In this document: positions 9,383 through 19,800 of the stretch, piece by piece | Layout of the letters: each line of letters starts with the position of its first letter | Numbering within the stretch: the stretch's first letter is position 1 | IMG/VR virus record: IMGVR_UViG_3300037477_000009 | Location: 1-64,000 of that record | Strand: one strand, 5' to 3' | DNA: 64,000 nucleotides | Source: a virus | Taxonomy: Duplodnaviria; Caudoviricetes | Translations under genes and position numbers: made by a program | The notes under the pieces: generated by a model | Databases searched by the model: none | Told to the model about the DNA's origin: nothing | What the model saw: the letters and a program-made list of their open reading frames with translations, nothing else

Positions 9383-10714
9383 TTAAGCAGCGACAATTTG
9401 TTTCGCCATATGTTGCGCTCCTAAAATTTCTACTGCCTGATAACTCAGCCAGTCAGTAGTCCAGTTGGCATCTCTGCCAATTGGTATAGGTGCTAACAGT
9501 CCTTGATGCACTTCTTTATAGATCGCATCTCCAGTGCCACCTTCAAGTGGTTGCTGAACGTATCTCATACGGATGCGTGGAAGCACACCAGCAAGTTGTG
9601 TCTTGATATTATCAGTAGGCACAAAGTAGACGTGCTTGTATATTGTGCTTGCACCAACGAAGTTGAATAACTGAGGATGATCTATAATTGGTAAGCGTTT
9701 CTTTTGGAATGTGAATCCAGCATATACAAACTTCTCAACCATCATATCAATTTCCCGACCACCGATGTTCATTCTTACTGAAGTAACACCAGCACTTCCT
9801 AAATTTTTCAAGAAGTCATCGTAATGCGCTCCGGTCAATACACCATGCCACATCATGTAGTTATTAGGACATTTGTTCGCTGTGAACTGTGTTACCAGGT
9901 CTTTAAGATCAGCTATAACAACAGTACCAGGTGTCGTTACTTGGTCTTGAATTCCACCCTGATCTATAATATAGTTATGCAATCCCCTGCACGTTTGGAA
10001 TGTATGACCAGCAGCATTTGCAATTGCAGGTGCTGCATCACTGAATGATGTTGAACTCATCTGTCCTGCCAAACACTGCGCTGCAATCTGCGCTCTTAAT
10101 GATTGCATTTTTTGTGCGTGTTGAACGAGCATGACATAAGGCTGCCCTTTAAAATTCACCTCTACCTTACTTGCTTTTTGTACGTCTGTAATCTCATCAG
10201 ACTCTCTGAAAATTTGAATCTTGTTGAGATACTTTGTCCAACTGTACCTTCTTGATTCTTGCGCTCCACTTTTTTCAACTTGCGCATTTGAAATCACTGC
10301 AAGTTTATTTGTATCTGCGATGGTTAAGTTTGTGCCATCAACTGCTTTGATAGTAATATCATCTTGCGCACCAGGTGTAAGAGCGGTAACAATTGCTTGC
10401 TTACCCAAAGGAGTGATCACTGTATCCCATAGTCTCACATAGCCTGATGTACCAGTAGAAAGTGTGAATGATACTGTAGGTGTACCGCTACCAGTAACTG
10501 TAGCATCGTTTACCACAAGCACCAGGAAGAGTGCTTCATTTACAAAGTTGTGGAAATCGAACATACTCGTAGGCTCATACCTCTGAGTAGTTATGAAAAA
10601 GTCCAGGAAGTCATCCTCATTTTGGATGTCAACTACGGACTTCTCTATTTCACGCTGATCCATATATGCGATTGCGGAAATATATTTTTTATTCATCGCA
10701 CCGATTGTAGGCAT
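9383..10714 (-). CDS. Major capsid protein
   Basis: 443 aa; order terL-portal-scaffold-this gene; followed by a strong hairpin. Confidence 0.75.
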   Translation of the reverse strand: MPTIGAMNKKYISAIAYMDQREIEKSVVDIQNEDDFLDFFITTQRYEPTSMFDFHNFVNEALFLVLVVNDATVTGSGTPTVSFTLSTGTSGYVRLWDTVITPLGKQAIVTALTPGAQDDITIKAVDGTNLTIADTNKLAVISNAQVEKSGAQESRRYSWTKYLNKIQIFRESDEITDVQKASKVEVNFKGQPYVMLVQHAQKMQSLRAQIAAQCLAGQMSSTSFSDAAPAIANAAGHTFQTCRGLHNYIIDQGGIQDQVTTPGTVVIADLKDLVTQFTANKCPNNYMMWHGVLTGAHYDDFLKNLGSAGVTSVRMNIGGREIDMMVEKFVYAGFTFQKKRLPIIDHPQLFNFVGASTIYKHVYFVPTDNIKTQLAGVLPRIRMRYVQQPLEGGTGDAIYKEVHQGLLAPIPIGRDANWTTDWLSYQAVEILGAQHMAKQIVAA

Positions 10715-10745
10715 CGCTTTAAATTTTAATTGTTAAGAATCCAGT

Positions 10746-11816
10746 TTAAGAAACCTTTGCGTTCTTCATGGCTTGCCACAGTGTTGCTGGCTCACCAGTA
10801 CCGCCTTGTTTGTTTGTTTCTGGATGCTCGACTGAATCAATGATACCTTTCGCTCCAAGTGAGATTCCATGCGAGATTAACAGTTTATCGTATGTCGCAT
10901 CATCAAGTATGATGGCTGCGGCCTTCATCAATTTTTTATAGTTCACTACCGGATTGCCTTTTGTATCCAATACCGGATTGCCTTTTTCGTCTCTCAGCAT
11001 CAGGTGACGTTGATACACTTCTCCGCTTGTCATTACATCAAGCAGCACTTGCGGATTATTGATCTCGTAGTTGTATGTACGATCACCACTACCGAGAACT
11101 AATTTCTTATCAGACATGAATTGCTTTACCTCTGGCACAGCAGCCATGTACTGTTGCATTTCCTGCATTTGCATTAGCAGATCAGGCTGTTCCTGTTTTT
11201 GTATTTCAGGCGCAACGAACTTCTTTTGATTTTCGATATACTGCCTTCGCAACTTATCGGCTTCAAGTTTTAATTCCAGCTTACCTGCTTTTACTTCCTT
11301 CTCGGAAAAAGCATCGGCATCTGTCTTGAATCGATTGGTTACTCTGTTTTCATATAACATTTCCCAATCTTCAGGTGACAGATCAAGGTGCGCATACTCT
11401 TGTCTCAAGCCTCTGCGGATGATGTCATCATCAGATAATTTGTTATAGTCAACAGACTTCACTTCAGCGTACTCAGCAAGCGAACCAGTGCGATCATAAT
11501 AGTCGAGTGCATCGACCATAAAATCATTTACTCCGAATGCTTTTAATACATCCTTCCTTTTATCCTTGTACCTGGTGGCAAAGGACTCAGGAGTTACACC
11601 ACTCCAGGCATCAGCAGGTTGCTGCGCTGGTTGTTGTGTCGGTTGTTGAACTTCAGCAGGTTTTTCCACTTGTGCTGTCTCAGCCTGTTGTGGTTGTTGT
11701 GCTGGTTGTTCAGCATTTGGGGTTTCTGTTTGTGCTTGCTCAGTTGGCGTATCCTTACCAGCCGCTATCTCAGCAGCAGAAGCATAGCCTGATATCACTA
11801 CGTTTTCGTCTTGCAT
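10746..11816 (-). CDS. Capsid scaffolding protein (putative)
   Basis: Acidic, Q/P/A-rich N-terminus and helical body; lies between portal and MCP. Confidence 0.65.
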   Translation of the reverse strand: MQDENVVISGYASAAEIAAGKDTPTEQAQTETPNAEQPAQQPQQAETAQVEKPAEVQQPTQQPAQQPADAWSGVTPESFATRYKDKRKDVLKAFGVNDFMVDALDYYDRTGSLAEYAEVKSVDYNKLSDDDIIRRGLRQEYAHLDLSPEDWEMLYENRVTNRFKTDADAFSEKEVKAGKLELKLEADKLRRQYIENQKKFVAPEIQKQEQPDLLMQMQEMQQYMAAVPEVKQFMSDKKLVLGSGDRTYNYEINNPQVLLDVMTSGEVYQRHLMLRDEKGNPVLDTKGNPVVNYKKLMKAAAIILDDATYDKLLISHGISLGAKGIIDSVEHPETNKQGGTGEPATLWQAMKNAKVS

Positions 11817-11838
11817 AAAGAACTTGTTTTTTATTCAG

Positions 11839-11855
11839 GGATATAATCTATATCC
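11839..11855. promoter_or_regulatory. 17-bp palindromic operator, perfect copy
   Basis: GGATATA-ATC-TATATCC in the portal-scaffold gap. Confidence 0.75.
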
Positions 11856-11908
11856 CGAAGGTAAAATGCATTTATAATAAGTCGATCAAAAAACGGGGGC
11901 GAAAGTTT
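11856..11908 (-). promoter_or_regulatory. Candidate late promoter upstream of scaffold/MCP
   Basis: TACCTTCG (-7 like) at 11856-11863, TTTG 23 nt upstream, and a 24-bp block 22/24 identical to 40714-40737. Confidence 0.55.
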
Positions 11909-14220
11909 CAGGCCATCTGCATCTGCTGTTCTGGCGCAGCTTGTTGCTGCATCTCAGGCTGCTGCATTCCAGGCTGCATATCCCCAAGCTGTGGTGGCAA
12001 GCCTGGCTGCTGTTCACCCATCGGCATACCACTCTCTGCTCCTTTCATTTTCTCCTGGCTGGCTATTTGTTCTTGCGCCATTCCGTATTTTACTTGCAGT
12101 TCCATTTCTTTGATCTTCATCTCCATTTGTTTTTCTTGCAGCATATACTGTGTCTTTAACTGCCACTCCAGTTGTAGCGTTTGCTGCTTGGATTGTTCAG
12201 CAGCCTGCGCAGATTGCATCTGTACCTGTGCATTCTGCTGTTGCATCTGCATGGCCTCTTCCTGTTTGCGCTTCTTATTCTTTTCTATTTTCAGATTCAG
12301 TATTTGTTCTTGTTGTTTCAGGTTGCTCACGTTTTCTACAGTGATCGCATCAGTCACATCCAGGTCACCTCTCGCAATACTCTCCTGGATATGTTGCTGT
12401 AGCATTAACTTCTGCTCATCAGTTGGTTTATCATCGAGCATGATCCCGAAATGGTGAAGTGCAAAGTCAGGTGACATCTTAAAGAACTGAAGCGTGTTAG
12501 TACCGAGTGAGTGTACATAACCGGATACGTCTCCTTCCTTCACTGCACGTTGCAGTCTGCATACAACTGTTTTCGCCAGTGAGAGTAGCAATTGCTTTTC
12601 CGCAAATACGAATTGATATAATGAGTTGCTGGTGGCTTCATATGCCATCTTCGCTGGAGTCGTTAATGTTTTTGGATTTGGAGTTGATCCATCTGTCATC
12701 TCATTGAAGCCAGTGGCCTCTCTGATCATGTTGATGTTGTTGGTTAAATCTCCCCATGCCTCCCTGATCGCTTCACCATAATTGGTCTGCACATATTCGA
12801 TGGATTTATAATTCACGTTTGTTCCTGCTAGTTCCGCTCTCCTGGTTATCAGTATGCCTGTCTGAAACATCATCTCCACAAGCTGCTTGGGTGTCATAAC
12901 TGCTCCAGCTTTGCCATAGGCCACACCTTCCAATGCTGTTAAATCCATTTCGATCAGGAATGGCAGCAACTGATTTCTGATGTTCTGTAATTTCAACCAG
13001 GCTATTTGTGTTTGATCACCAATAGGAATGATATCCTGCATAATTCCTTTGGTTGTCATGTTATCGAAGTAAGTGGTCAGTACATGGAAATTCAGTTTTG
13101 ACTTTGAGAACGATTTGTAATCACGCAATTGATATTCCTCTAAACCCCAATTGTAAATTAAACCTGTATCGAGAATGTATTTTGCATGATACACCATCTC
13201 AAACTTTTTACGCTTATACTTTTCACCATTGGATTCATACGATGCCCTGCCCACTTTTACGTTTCCTCTTTTATCAGTACGCTCTTCAAATACAAATTCG
13301 TCAATAGAAATCCATTGCAGGTCAAGCACCTTTACCTTGAACAGATCGCCTTCTCTCTCTGATCCGTAACGTGGATTACCATATCTGCCCTGTGATGTGC
13401 TAATGATATTTTCGTATTCTTGCTTGGTGAATTGATCACCTGCTTCCATCTTGAGTTCATTTAATGTCATGTACTGCAACTCACCGAAGTAAAGTGCATC
13501 CCTGAAGTCTGGATACACACAAGCATTAGAAATTAAGTTGCGCAAGTCACAGTGGCGAAGCCTTATACGTTTGTTGGTATCAATGTAATCACGCACCACA
13601 GCAGTTCCATAATCGAATGAATCATCCCATACACGATCCCTGATCGCAGCAATGTCATTTTCTTCAAAGACCATCTTCACACCGAGTTCTGCTTCAAGAG
13701 CCATAGCGTGTTTGAAGCCATGTGACTCCATCATTTTTAATTCATCCAAGTCTTTTGGCTCATCATCGTTCATCTGTAGTGCTGGTGAATTGAGTAGTTC
13801 AGGATTTGTTTGCTCTGCTTCCTGGCGCAGCATCAGCTTCGCATAGATCATCGAAACCTTCATGTCGATCTGATCTCTTGCCAGTGCATCAACAGGTGTG
13901 GCGATGATGTTGTAATCTCTTTTCTTCAGCATACCAAGAGCGATGGCTCTGTGTTTCTTTATTACAGGGAGAATGTTGAAATCTATATTGAGGTATGAGG
14001 TATCAGTTAATTCATCAACACCCATTGTTCTCTTGTACTTGTGATTCGGTTGATTCGCCAGTGCATACTGCCTGATCCTATCGTACTCTTCAGTGTTGCG
14101 ATAGAACATCTGACCAGGTAAGGTATCATTGCTGTACCAGGCTGCTTCGCACCACTGCAAGTGCCACTCTTTATTCTTCAGCGAAGGATCGATGTCGTGC
14201 TTTGGGAATGCTCTTATCAT
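11908..14220 (-). CDS. Portal protein
   Basis: 770 aa directly after terL; helical, with a Q-rich coiled-coil C-terminus typical of podoviral portals. Confidence 0.85.
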   Translation of the reverse strand: MIRAFPKHDIDPSLKNKEWHLQWCEAAWYSNDTLPGQMFYRNTEEYDRIRQYALANQPNHKYKRTMGVDELTDTSYLNIDFNILPVIKKHRAIALGMLKKRDYNIIATPVDALARDQIDMKVSMIYAKLMLRQEAEQTNPELLNSPALQMNDDEPKDLDELKMMESHGFKHAMALEAELGVKMVFEENDIAAIRDRVWDDSFDYGTAVVRDYIDTNKRIRLRHCDLRNLISNACVYPDFRDALYFGELQYMTLNELKMEAGDQFTKQEYENIISTSQGRYGNPRYGSEREGDLFKVKVLDLQWISIDEFVFEERTDKRGNVKVGRASYESNGEKYKRKKFEMVYHAKYILDTGLIYNWGLEEYQLRDYKSFSKSKLNFHVLTTYFDNMTTKGIMQDIIPIGDQTQIAWLKLQNIRNQLLPFLIEMDLTALEGVAYGKAGAVMTPKQLVEMMFQTGILITRRAELAGTNVNYKSIEYVQTNYGEAIREAWGDLTNNINMIREATGFNEMTDGSTPNPKTLTTPAKMAYEATSNSLYQFVFAEKQLLLSLAKTVVCRLQRAVKEGDVSGYVHSLGTNTLQFFKMSPDFALHHFGIMLDDKPTDEQKLMLQQHIQESIARGDLDVTDAITVENVSNLKQQEQILNLKIEKNKKRKQEEAMQMQQQNAQVQMQSAQAAEQSKQQTLQLEWQLKTQYMLQEKQMEMKIKEMELQVKYGMAQEQIASQEKMKGAESGMPMGEQQPGLPPQLGDMQPGMQQPEMQQQAAPEQQMQMA

Positions 14221-14221
14221 T

Positions 14222-16240
14222 TTAACTTGCTTTATAGAGTTTGAAAATTGAGTTGATGTCCTTCACTTCATTCATGTTTCTCTTTGCCATCCTATGCATA
14301 TCAGCCATCAGTGTCCAGAGCGCAGCCATTGTCAGGTCATACTTCTGCGTGTCTTTAACATCGAAAGCGATCAGGTCATGTATGAGATCAGGGAAAAACA
14401 TTCTGTCGGAAAAATTGATAACATAGTCCTGCATAATTTCCAGGCCAGTGATCTTGTTCTCTTGTGTAGATGGAATACCAGGCTCTTTCTTGCCAGGTAT
14501 TCTTATCAGGAATCTGCTATAGCCACGATCTTTGAAGTAGCGAAGCAGACCAGGCTTGTTATCTTCTACCAACAATGGTGATCCGTAGAAGTGGCACTGC
14601 TTGATCATGTCCTCAAAAAATATGTTTGCTGTTTCAGGTCGTGCCAGGTACTTGCACACAAATGCTTTGTTGTATTCCTGATTCTCACCGAATGGATCAT
14701 TACGCTTCAGTACAAATGATGCAGCGTTACTCCTCCGGTAATCTTCTACAGTATCGTGATCAAATGGATCACACCCTGCTACGAACTGGTATGCATTACC
14801 AGGCTCAATGCTGCTGCCAAAGTGTGGCGAGTTATTTGTTTGCTCCGGTTTATCAAACATCCAGGCTATCTCCCATCTGCCTTTTGTGTTTCTCTGCCAC
14901 TTTACTTTAGTATCACGAATACCATTCTCCCAATAGAAATCACCACGCTCCTTATAATTCTCCATACCACTGAGTTCATCAAGGCGATCATTTAATCGAA
15001 CTACATTAAAGTGACATTGCTGGCTGCTGATCCTGAATGCTTCTTCTTCAGTGAGCGGCTCTTTTCTTATCAGATCATTTAATTCATCAGGCTCATTGAT
15101 AAAAGATTTTCTATCGGCCAGGATCGCAGCAAGTGTTTCCTTCTCTTCTGGATAACCATACACATCATAGTCACCACTGCGAGATGCTGGTATAAAAAAT
15201 TTATAAAGACCACTCTTGGTTGATCCACCTTTTTCTTTTTCAAATTGATTGCTTTGTTTCCATAAGTCTTTAAATCCAAACCGCACACCTATCTCTTCCA
15301 CTGTTGTGGTCACGATCATTTTACCGATCACTCTTCTACGCTGATCCATTAAACAATACTTCACCACCTTGTGCCTGTTAAGTATGTTCACTTCTGTCTT
15401 ACCACTTTCATCAAGCAGTAATCGCTTCAGTTTACGACCATCGTATGCTTTCGGTTTGGAATCTTTGAAACCAATAGTTGATCTGAGTTCTTTTATTTTT
15501 TCTCTCCTGGTTGCAAGTTTTCCTTTCTGTGCAGTGCGGAAAAAGGAAAGCAACTCTTTGGGAGCATCTCCCTTAGTTGTGTCATATGTTGGCTTGAAGA
15601 AAAATGGTAACGCTTGAAATGGCGGTATAAGTTTAATCTGGAATACCTCTTGGCTATCGTCTTTATTTTTGGACTGGATTCCTGCGTGAGAATCTGCACA
15701 GCGACTGATGCACTCTTCAAGTATGCACGTTGCACGATATGTTTTTCCATCACGTCTCTTCCTGATCTCGATCAGGCCAAAACATTTTGGATCGAATACA
15801 CAATACTGCCAAAAAATAAAATACTCCCAATCAATGATGCGAAAATCTGGAAGGCCGATGTCCAAATTCCAGTAGTTCAAATAGTAATAATGTAAACCGG
15901 ATAAATACCGCATTTCACTCTTACCATCCTTGCCACGATTGTGAAACCATACACCATAAAGTCTACGATGCCATTCACGTTGTTTTATTTTCAGTAAGTC
16001 CTGGTGTACATAAGTTGGATTATCTTTCTTCATCTCATCCTCTTCTGCTTTCCAATCCTCCAGTTCTATCGGTAGTTCAACCGCTTCCCAATATTGTTCG
16101 GCTGCTACATTGCTGCGCTTGATAATATCAACACGCTTGATCTCACCAGTCTCCACATGGATACCATATCCCACTGGAGGAATCCAGCAAGTCAGTCCTT
16201 GTATTACTACAGTTGATCCACCTTCGATCTTGTTGAACAT
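14222..16240 (-). CDS. terL: Terminase large subunit
   Basis: Walker A EIRKRRDGKT, Walker B LLLDESGK, and a nuclease domain AGCDPFD...VEDN...KYDLTMA. Confidence 0.9.
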   Translation of the reverse strand: MFNKIEGGSTVVIQGLTCWIPPVGYGIHVETGEIKRVDIIKRSNVAAEQYWEAVELPIELEDWKAEEDEMKKDNPTYVHQDLLKIKQREWHRRLYGVWFHNRGKDGKSEMRYLSGLHYYYLNYWNLDIGLPDFRIIDWEYFIFWQYCVFDPKCFGLIEIRKRRDGKTYRATCILEECISRCADSHAGIQSKNKDDSQEVFQIKLIPPFQALPFFFKPTYDTTKGDAPKELLSFFRTAQKGKLATRREKIKELRSTIGFKDSKPKAYDGRKLKRLLLDESGKTEVNILNRHKVVKYCLMDQRRRVIGKMIVTTTVEEIGVRFGFKDLWKQSNQFEKEKGGSTKSGLYKFFIPASRSGDYDVYGYPEEKETLAAILADRKSFINEPDELNDLIRKEPLTEEEAFRISSQQCHFNVVRLNDRLDELSGMENYKERGDFYWENGIRDTKVKWQRNTKGRWEIAWMFDKPEQTNNSPHFGSSIEPGNAYQFVAGCDPFDHDTVEDYRRSNAASFVLKRNDPFGENQEYNKAFVCKYLARPETANIFFEDMIKQCHFYGSPLLVEDNKPGLLRYFKDRGYSRFLIRIPGKKEPGIPSTQENKITGLEIMQDYVINFSDRMFFPDLIHDLIAFDVKDTQKYDLTMAALWTLMADMHRMAKRNMNEVKDINSIFKLYKAS

Positions 16241-16266
16241 CTAAAACGATAGCAACTCGCTTTACT

Positions 16267-16869
16267 CTATACACCAGCATAACCTTCAGGTGAAAAATCA
16301 CTTGTCTCCATTTTCTTTACCAACTGTTGATCATCGCCAACGAAGCGACTCCAGTTGCGATCAATCCTTTCATTGATATTTTCTTTATCCTCTGACAACT
16401 TTGTTTTCACAGATACAGCAGCTACCAGGTCTTTATCCTTATCACCTCTTGTGATCGGTAGTAATAGTCGGATCACAAACTCCCAAAAAACTTGTTCATC
16501 AGCCTGGATCGCTGCCCACACTCTTGACTTCACCACTTCTTTCAAAAAGTTTTTGATCAGTAGTACCAGGAACTCACTGTCACATGAGAACAATTGCTCC
16601 ATCAATCTTTCTTCTTCCTTGTTCGCTATATCAAAACCAGCAATTGTTGCTGCTGATAACTTGCGAGTATTAAGATCAGGGTAGTCTCTTACCAGTGGAC
16701 TCTTGGGATCGTACATTGCAAACACAAACCGGATCACCCTGTCATCATCAACCAGTTCATCGTTGATCTGTGTCTGTGCAGGGATCAATGCTTGCACTCT
16801 GTCGTTCTCCATCAAATCCTCATCCAATGGATTGAAGAAACATTTTTTAAAATCATTCTTCGTGTACAT
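16267..16869 (-). CDS. Hypothetical protein, small terminase candidate
   Basis: Helical ~200-aa ORF immediately upstream of terL; ATG at 16869. Function inferred from position only. Confidence 0.45.
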   Translation of the reverse strand: MYTKNDFKKCFFNPLDEDLMENDRVQALIPAQTQINDELVDDDRVIRFVFAMYDPKSPLVRDYPDLNTRKLSAATIAGFDIANKEEERLMEQLFSCDSEFLVLLIKNFLKEVVKSRVWAAIQADEQVFWEFVIRLLLPITRGDKDKDLVAAVSVKTKLSEDKENINERIDRNWSRFVGDDQQLVKKMETSDFSPEGYAGV

Positions 16870-16871
16870 CA

Positions 16872-16888
16872 GGATATATTTTATATCC
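16872..16888. promoter_or_regulatory. 17-bp palindromic operator, perfect copy
   Basis: GGATATA-TTT-TATATCC, 2 nt before the ATG at 16869. Confidence 0.75.
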
Positions 16889-16892
16889 AAAG

Positions 16893-19800
16893 TTAACGCT
16901 CTGCTTTGGTTGTTATCGTGAACTCATCACCGCCATGCTTTTTCAAATCCTTCTCATGCGCAATTATCTTCAGTTTATTATTGAACTGGTTGATATATGA
17001 ATCACCTACACCAAACCACCCAAGTGTATCGATCCAGAATATCAGTTGATGCATATGCTTCTCTTCATCGGTTAACTCCACTCTTTCGGTTTCTGGATGA
17101 AGGCCACCTTTCGTAACCTCATCTATCTTGCCAGTTGTTATCATCCTGCCATTACTCAGAACATCCACTATCTTATTTGGCAGGATCGCATAGAGGCCAG
17201 CATCATCCCATACATCCTTATCAGATAGTTTCGGAGAGAAGTACAAGTTTGGAAACTCTTTGATCGTACCACTGGCATACTGCTCTGTTGCTATCAGTCC
17301 GTATATCGCATTCATTCCTTCCTGGAAACCTGTCTGCGTTAATGTACCCATACCACCAAAGAAGAAGTCACTGAATGTACTGGACATCCACTTCTTCATC
17401 TTCTTAGTGGTCTTGACTTCCTTGCCAGCGATAGTGATCGTTACTTCATCATCATCGTCATCTTCATCCTTGTAACCAAGCATCTTTGCAACAGCGTTTG
17501 CTGCCAGCGTAGATAACCAGCCAGTCACAAATATTTTTATACCATTAAAAGTAAGCTGCTCTGCTACTGTTGCAGCCAGTGAGAGCGCAGCCTCTTTCGG
17601 ATGTTCCCAATGAAGTATCTTCTGCATATCATTTGTCATCCGCACTCTCATGTTCACGTTGAAGGATGAGAACGGCAACATAATATTGGTCATAATTTTT
17701 TTCCATCCATTACCGGAATCTCTGAGTATGCTACCCAAGTTGCTTGAATCATTCACGTTCTGTGATCTTGATACCATTTGTTCTGCATATGCTGCTGCTT
17801 CCTGGTTTGCATTAAGGTGTTCGGTTTGCCAGTTGACTGTGTCCAGGTTAACACCCTGCTTCTTCAGGCTCTGCATATAATATGCAAGCCAGGATGTGCG
17901 AGCAATACTTACGTCTGCTTTTACAAGTGACTTCATTGTAGCATCATGCATTTTTTCTCCGAGACGTATTGCTGCTTTGTAAACCGACATTGCGTTACCA
18001 GCAAGCACTGATCTGTCGATCTCTCCGGTATCAACCTTCCGTTTGTATCCAGCCTCTGTGCCACCACGAAGGCCAATGCCAAACTGATCAAAGAGTTCCA
18101 GCTTGTTGCTCATCAAAAGTGCCTTATAGAATAATCCAACATCAGTACCCATATTAAATTGAGTACCTGCTCCTACACTCACATACTGCCATATCCACTG
18201 GAGAACAGAGCCAAGTGACATACGAGTCGCTTTTGCTTGCGCAGCATTAAGTGTTTTAGCAATGCTACTTCCTTGCTCATCCACCATTGGCATACGGCCT
18301 CTCTGCAACTGCACCATCTTCTTCACCCCATCAAGCACAACATTCCGGTTGTATCTTCCACCAAACAGATCAGCTACTTCAGGATTGGCAATAAATTTTT
18401 TGAAGTGAACAATCGCTTTGGAAGTTTCTACATCGTAGTTCGTTTCGTAAAATAATTTTGATTGCACGTTATCGAAATCAAGATTCAGCACATTACCCTT
18501 TGGCAGATTCTGTAACCTGACCTTTGCGATCTTCGTGCCAGCAGGTTGACTGCGCACACCTTTACTCATGTACGCTGCTGCAAAATCATCACGATCACGA
18601 TTCTCTTCAACACCTTTCTCACCATTGTAACCTTTGAGTGATGTTGCAGTATAGTTCTCTACGTTTTCCCAAATCCTGTTGTTATAAAGTTCAGTGTTCT
18701 CTTGCACCAGGTGCTTGCGTTTCATAAATGCATTCTGCCAGAACTCAACCAACTTGATGTTATGCGGCTCGATGCGCTTCATGTTCGCTGTTACATCAGC
18801 AGGAGTCTTTGCATCTTTGAATAGTGTATCAACTACTCGCTGCAATACTATCCCTTCCAGTATATCTTTCTTGAACTGTGGCTCTGATTCACGCAAACGC
18901 TTTGCACTTTCTTCGATCCATCCTTTCCTGCGTTCAAACTCAGCAAGCACTTCTTCTTCTGTACCACCGAAGTTATTCATAACGTCTGCATACACTCCCC
19001 TCCGGTATCTGTTCATTGCAGAGTCAGCGTTCTTCATTCCCTTCTTCAGTTTCTCATACTCCTTGACAGTGTTTATCGTAAGCACTTTTGATTTTGCATG
19101 ACCACTGTTGATATCAAACACACCACTCATGCGCTGGAAGAACGCAGCAGCCTTTGAACTCCTGGTGATAAACTCATGTATCAACTGAGTGCTTGCAAAG
19201 TGTTTTACGTTTCTTAAAAATCTACCACTCAGATCACCGAATGAAACTTTATTATCCTTCCAGTGCTTCTGTGTTTCTTTTATTGCATCATTCACACTTG
19301 ATATGATGGACAACTCACCTGATCCAACAAAGTTTTCATTCACTGCAATATTGTTCATTGCATCAATCACCTTCGCCAGTTCAGTAGCACTTAGTTTTTC
19401 CAAGTCCATCCTCAAGTACCTGTTCATAATTTCCTGCTCTTCTTTTGTAAGATCAGGATTACTGTTACTATACTCCTGTACACCCATCTGTGCATATTCT
19501 GCTACAGACCTGAGTGCATTCATCTTATTAAACCAATCATCTTCCAAGTCCTCTTGTGCTTGCTTGATCTCAGCATCAGTACCTTTCTCCAATGAGTCGA
19601 TCACCTTCTGCATTTCTGCTGCACTCATCAGTGTTGGATTGATCTTACCTGCTGTTACCAGGTCAGCATACATATCAGCAAGCCTTGCAGCAGCAGCTTT
19701 GTCTGCTATCTTCAGTTGCTCGTTAGTATAATTGGTGATCTCAGCCAGGCTGATATTTAAGAACGGATTCTTCACACCACTGCGAGAAACCTTTACACCT

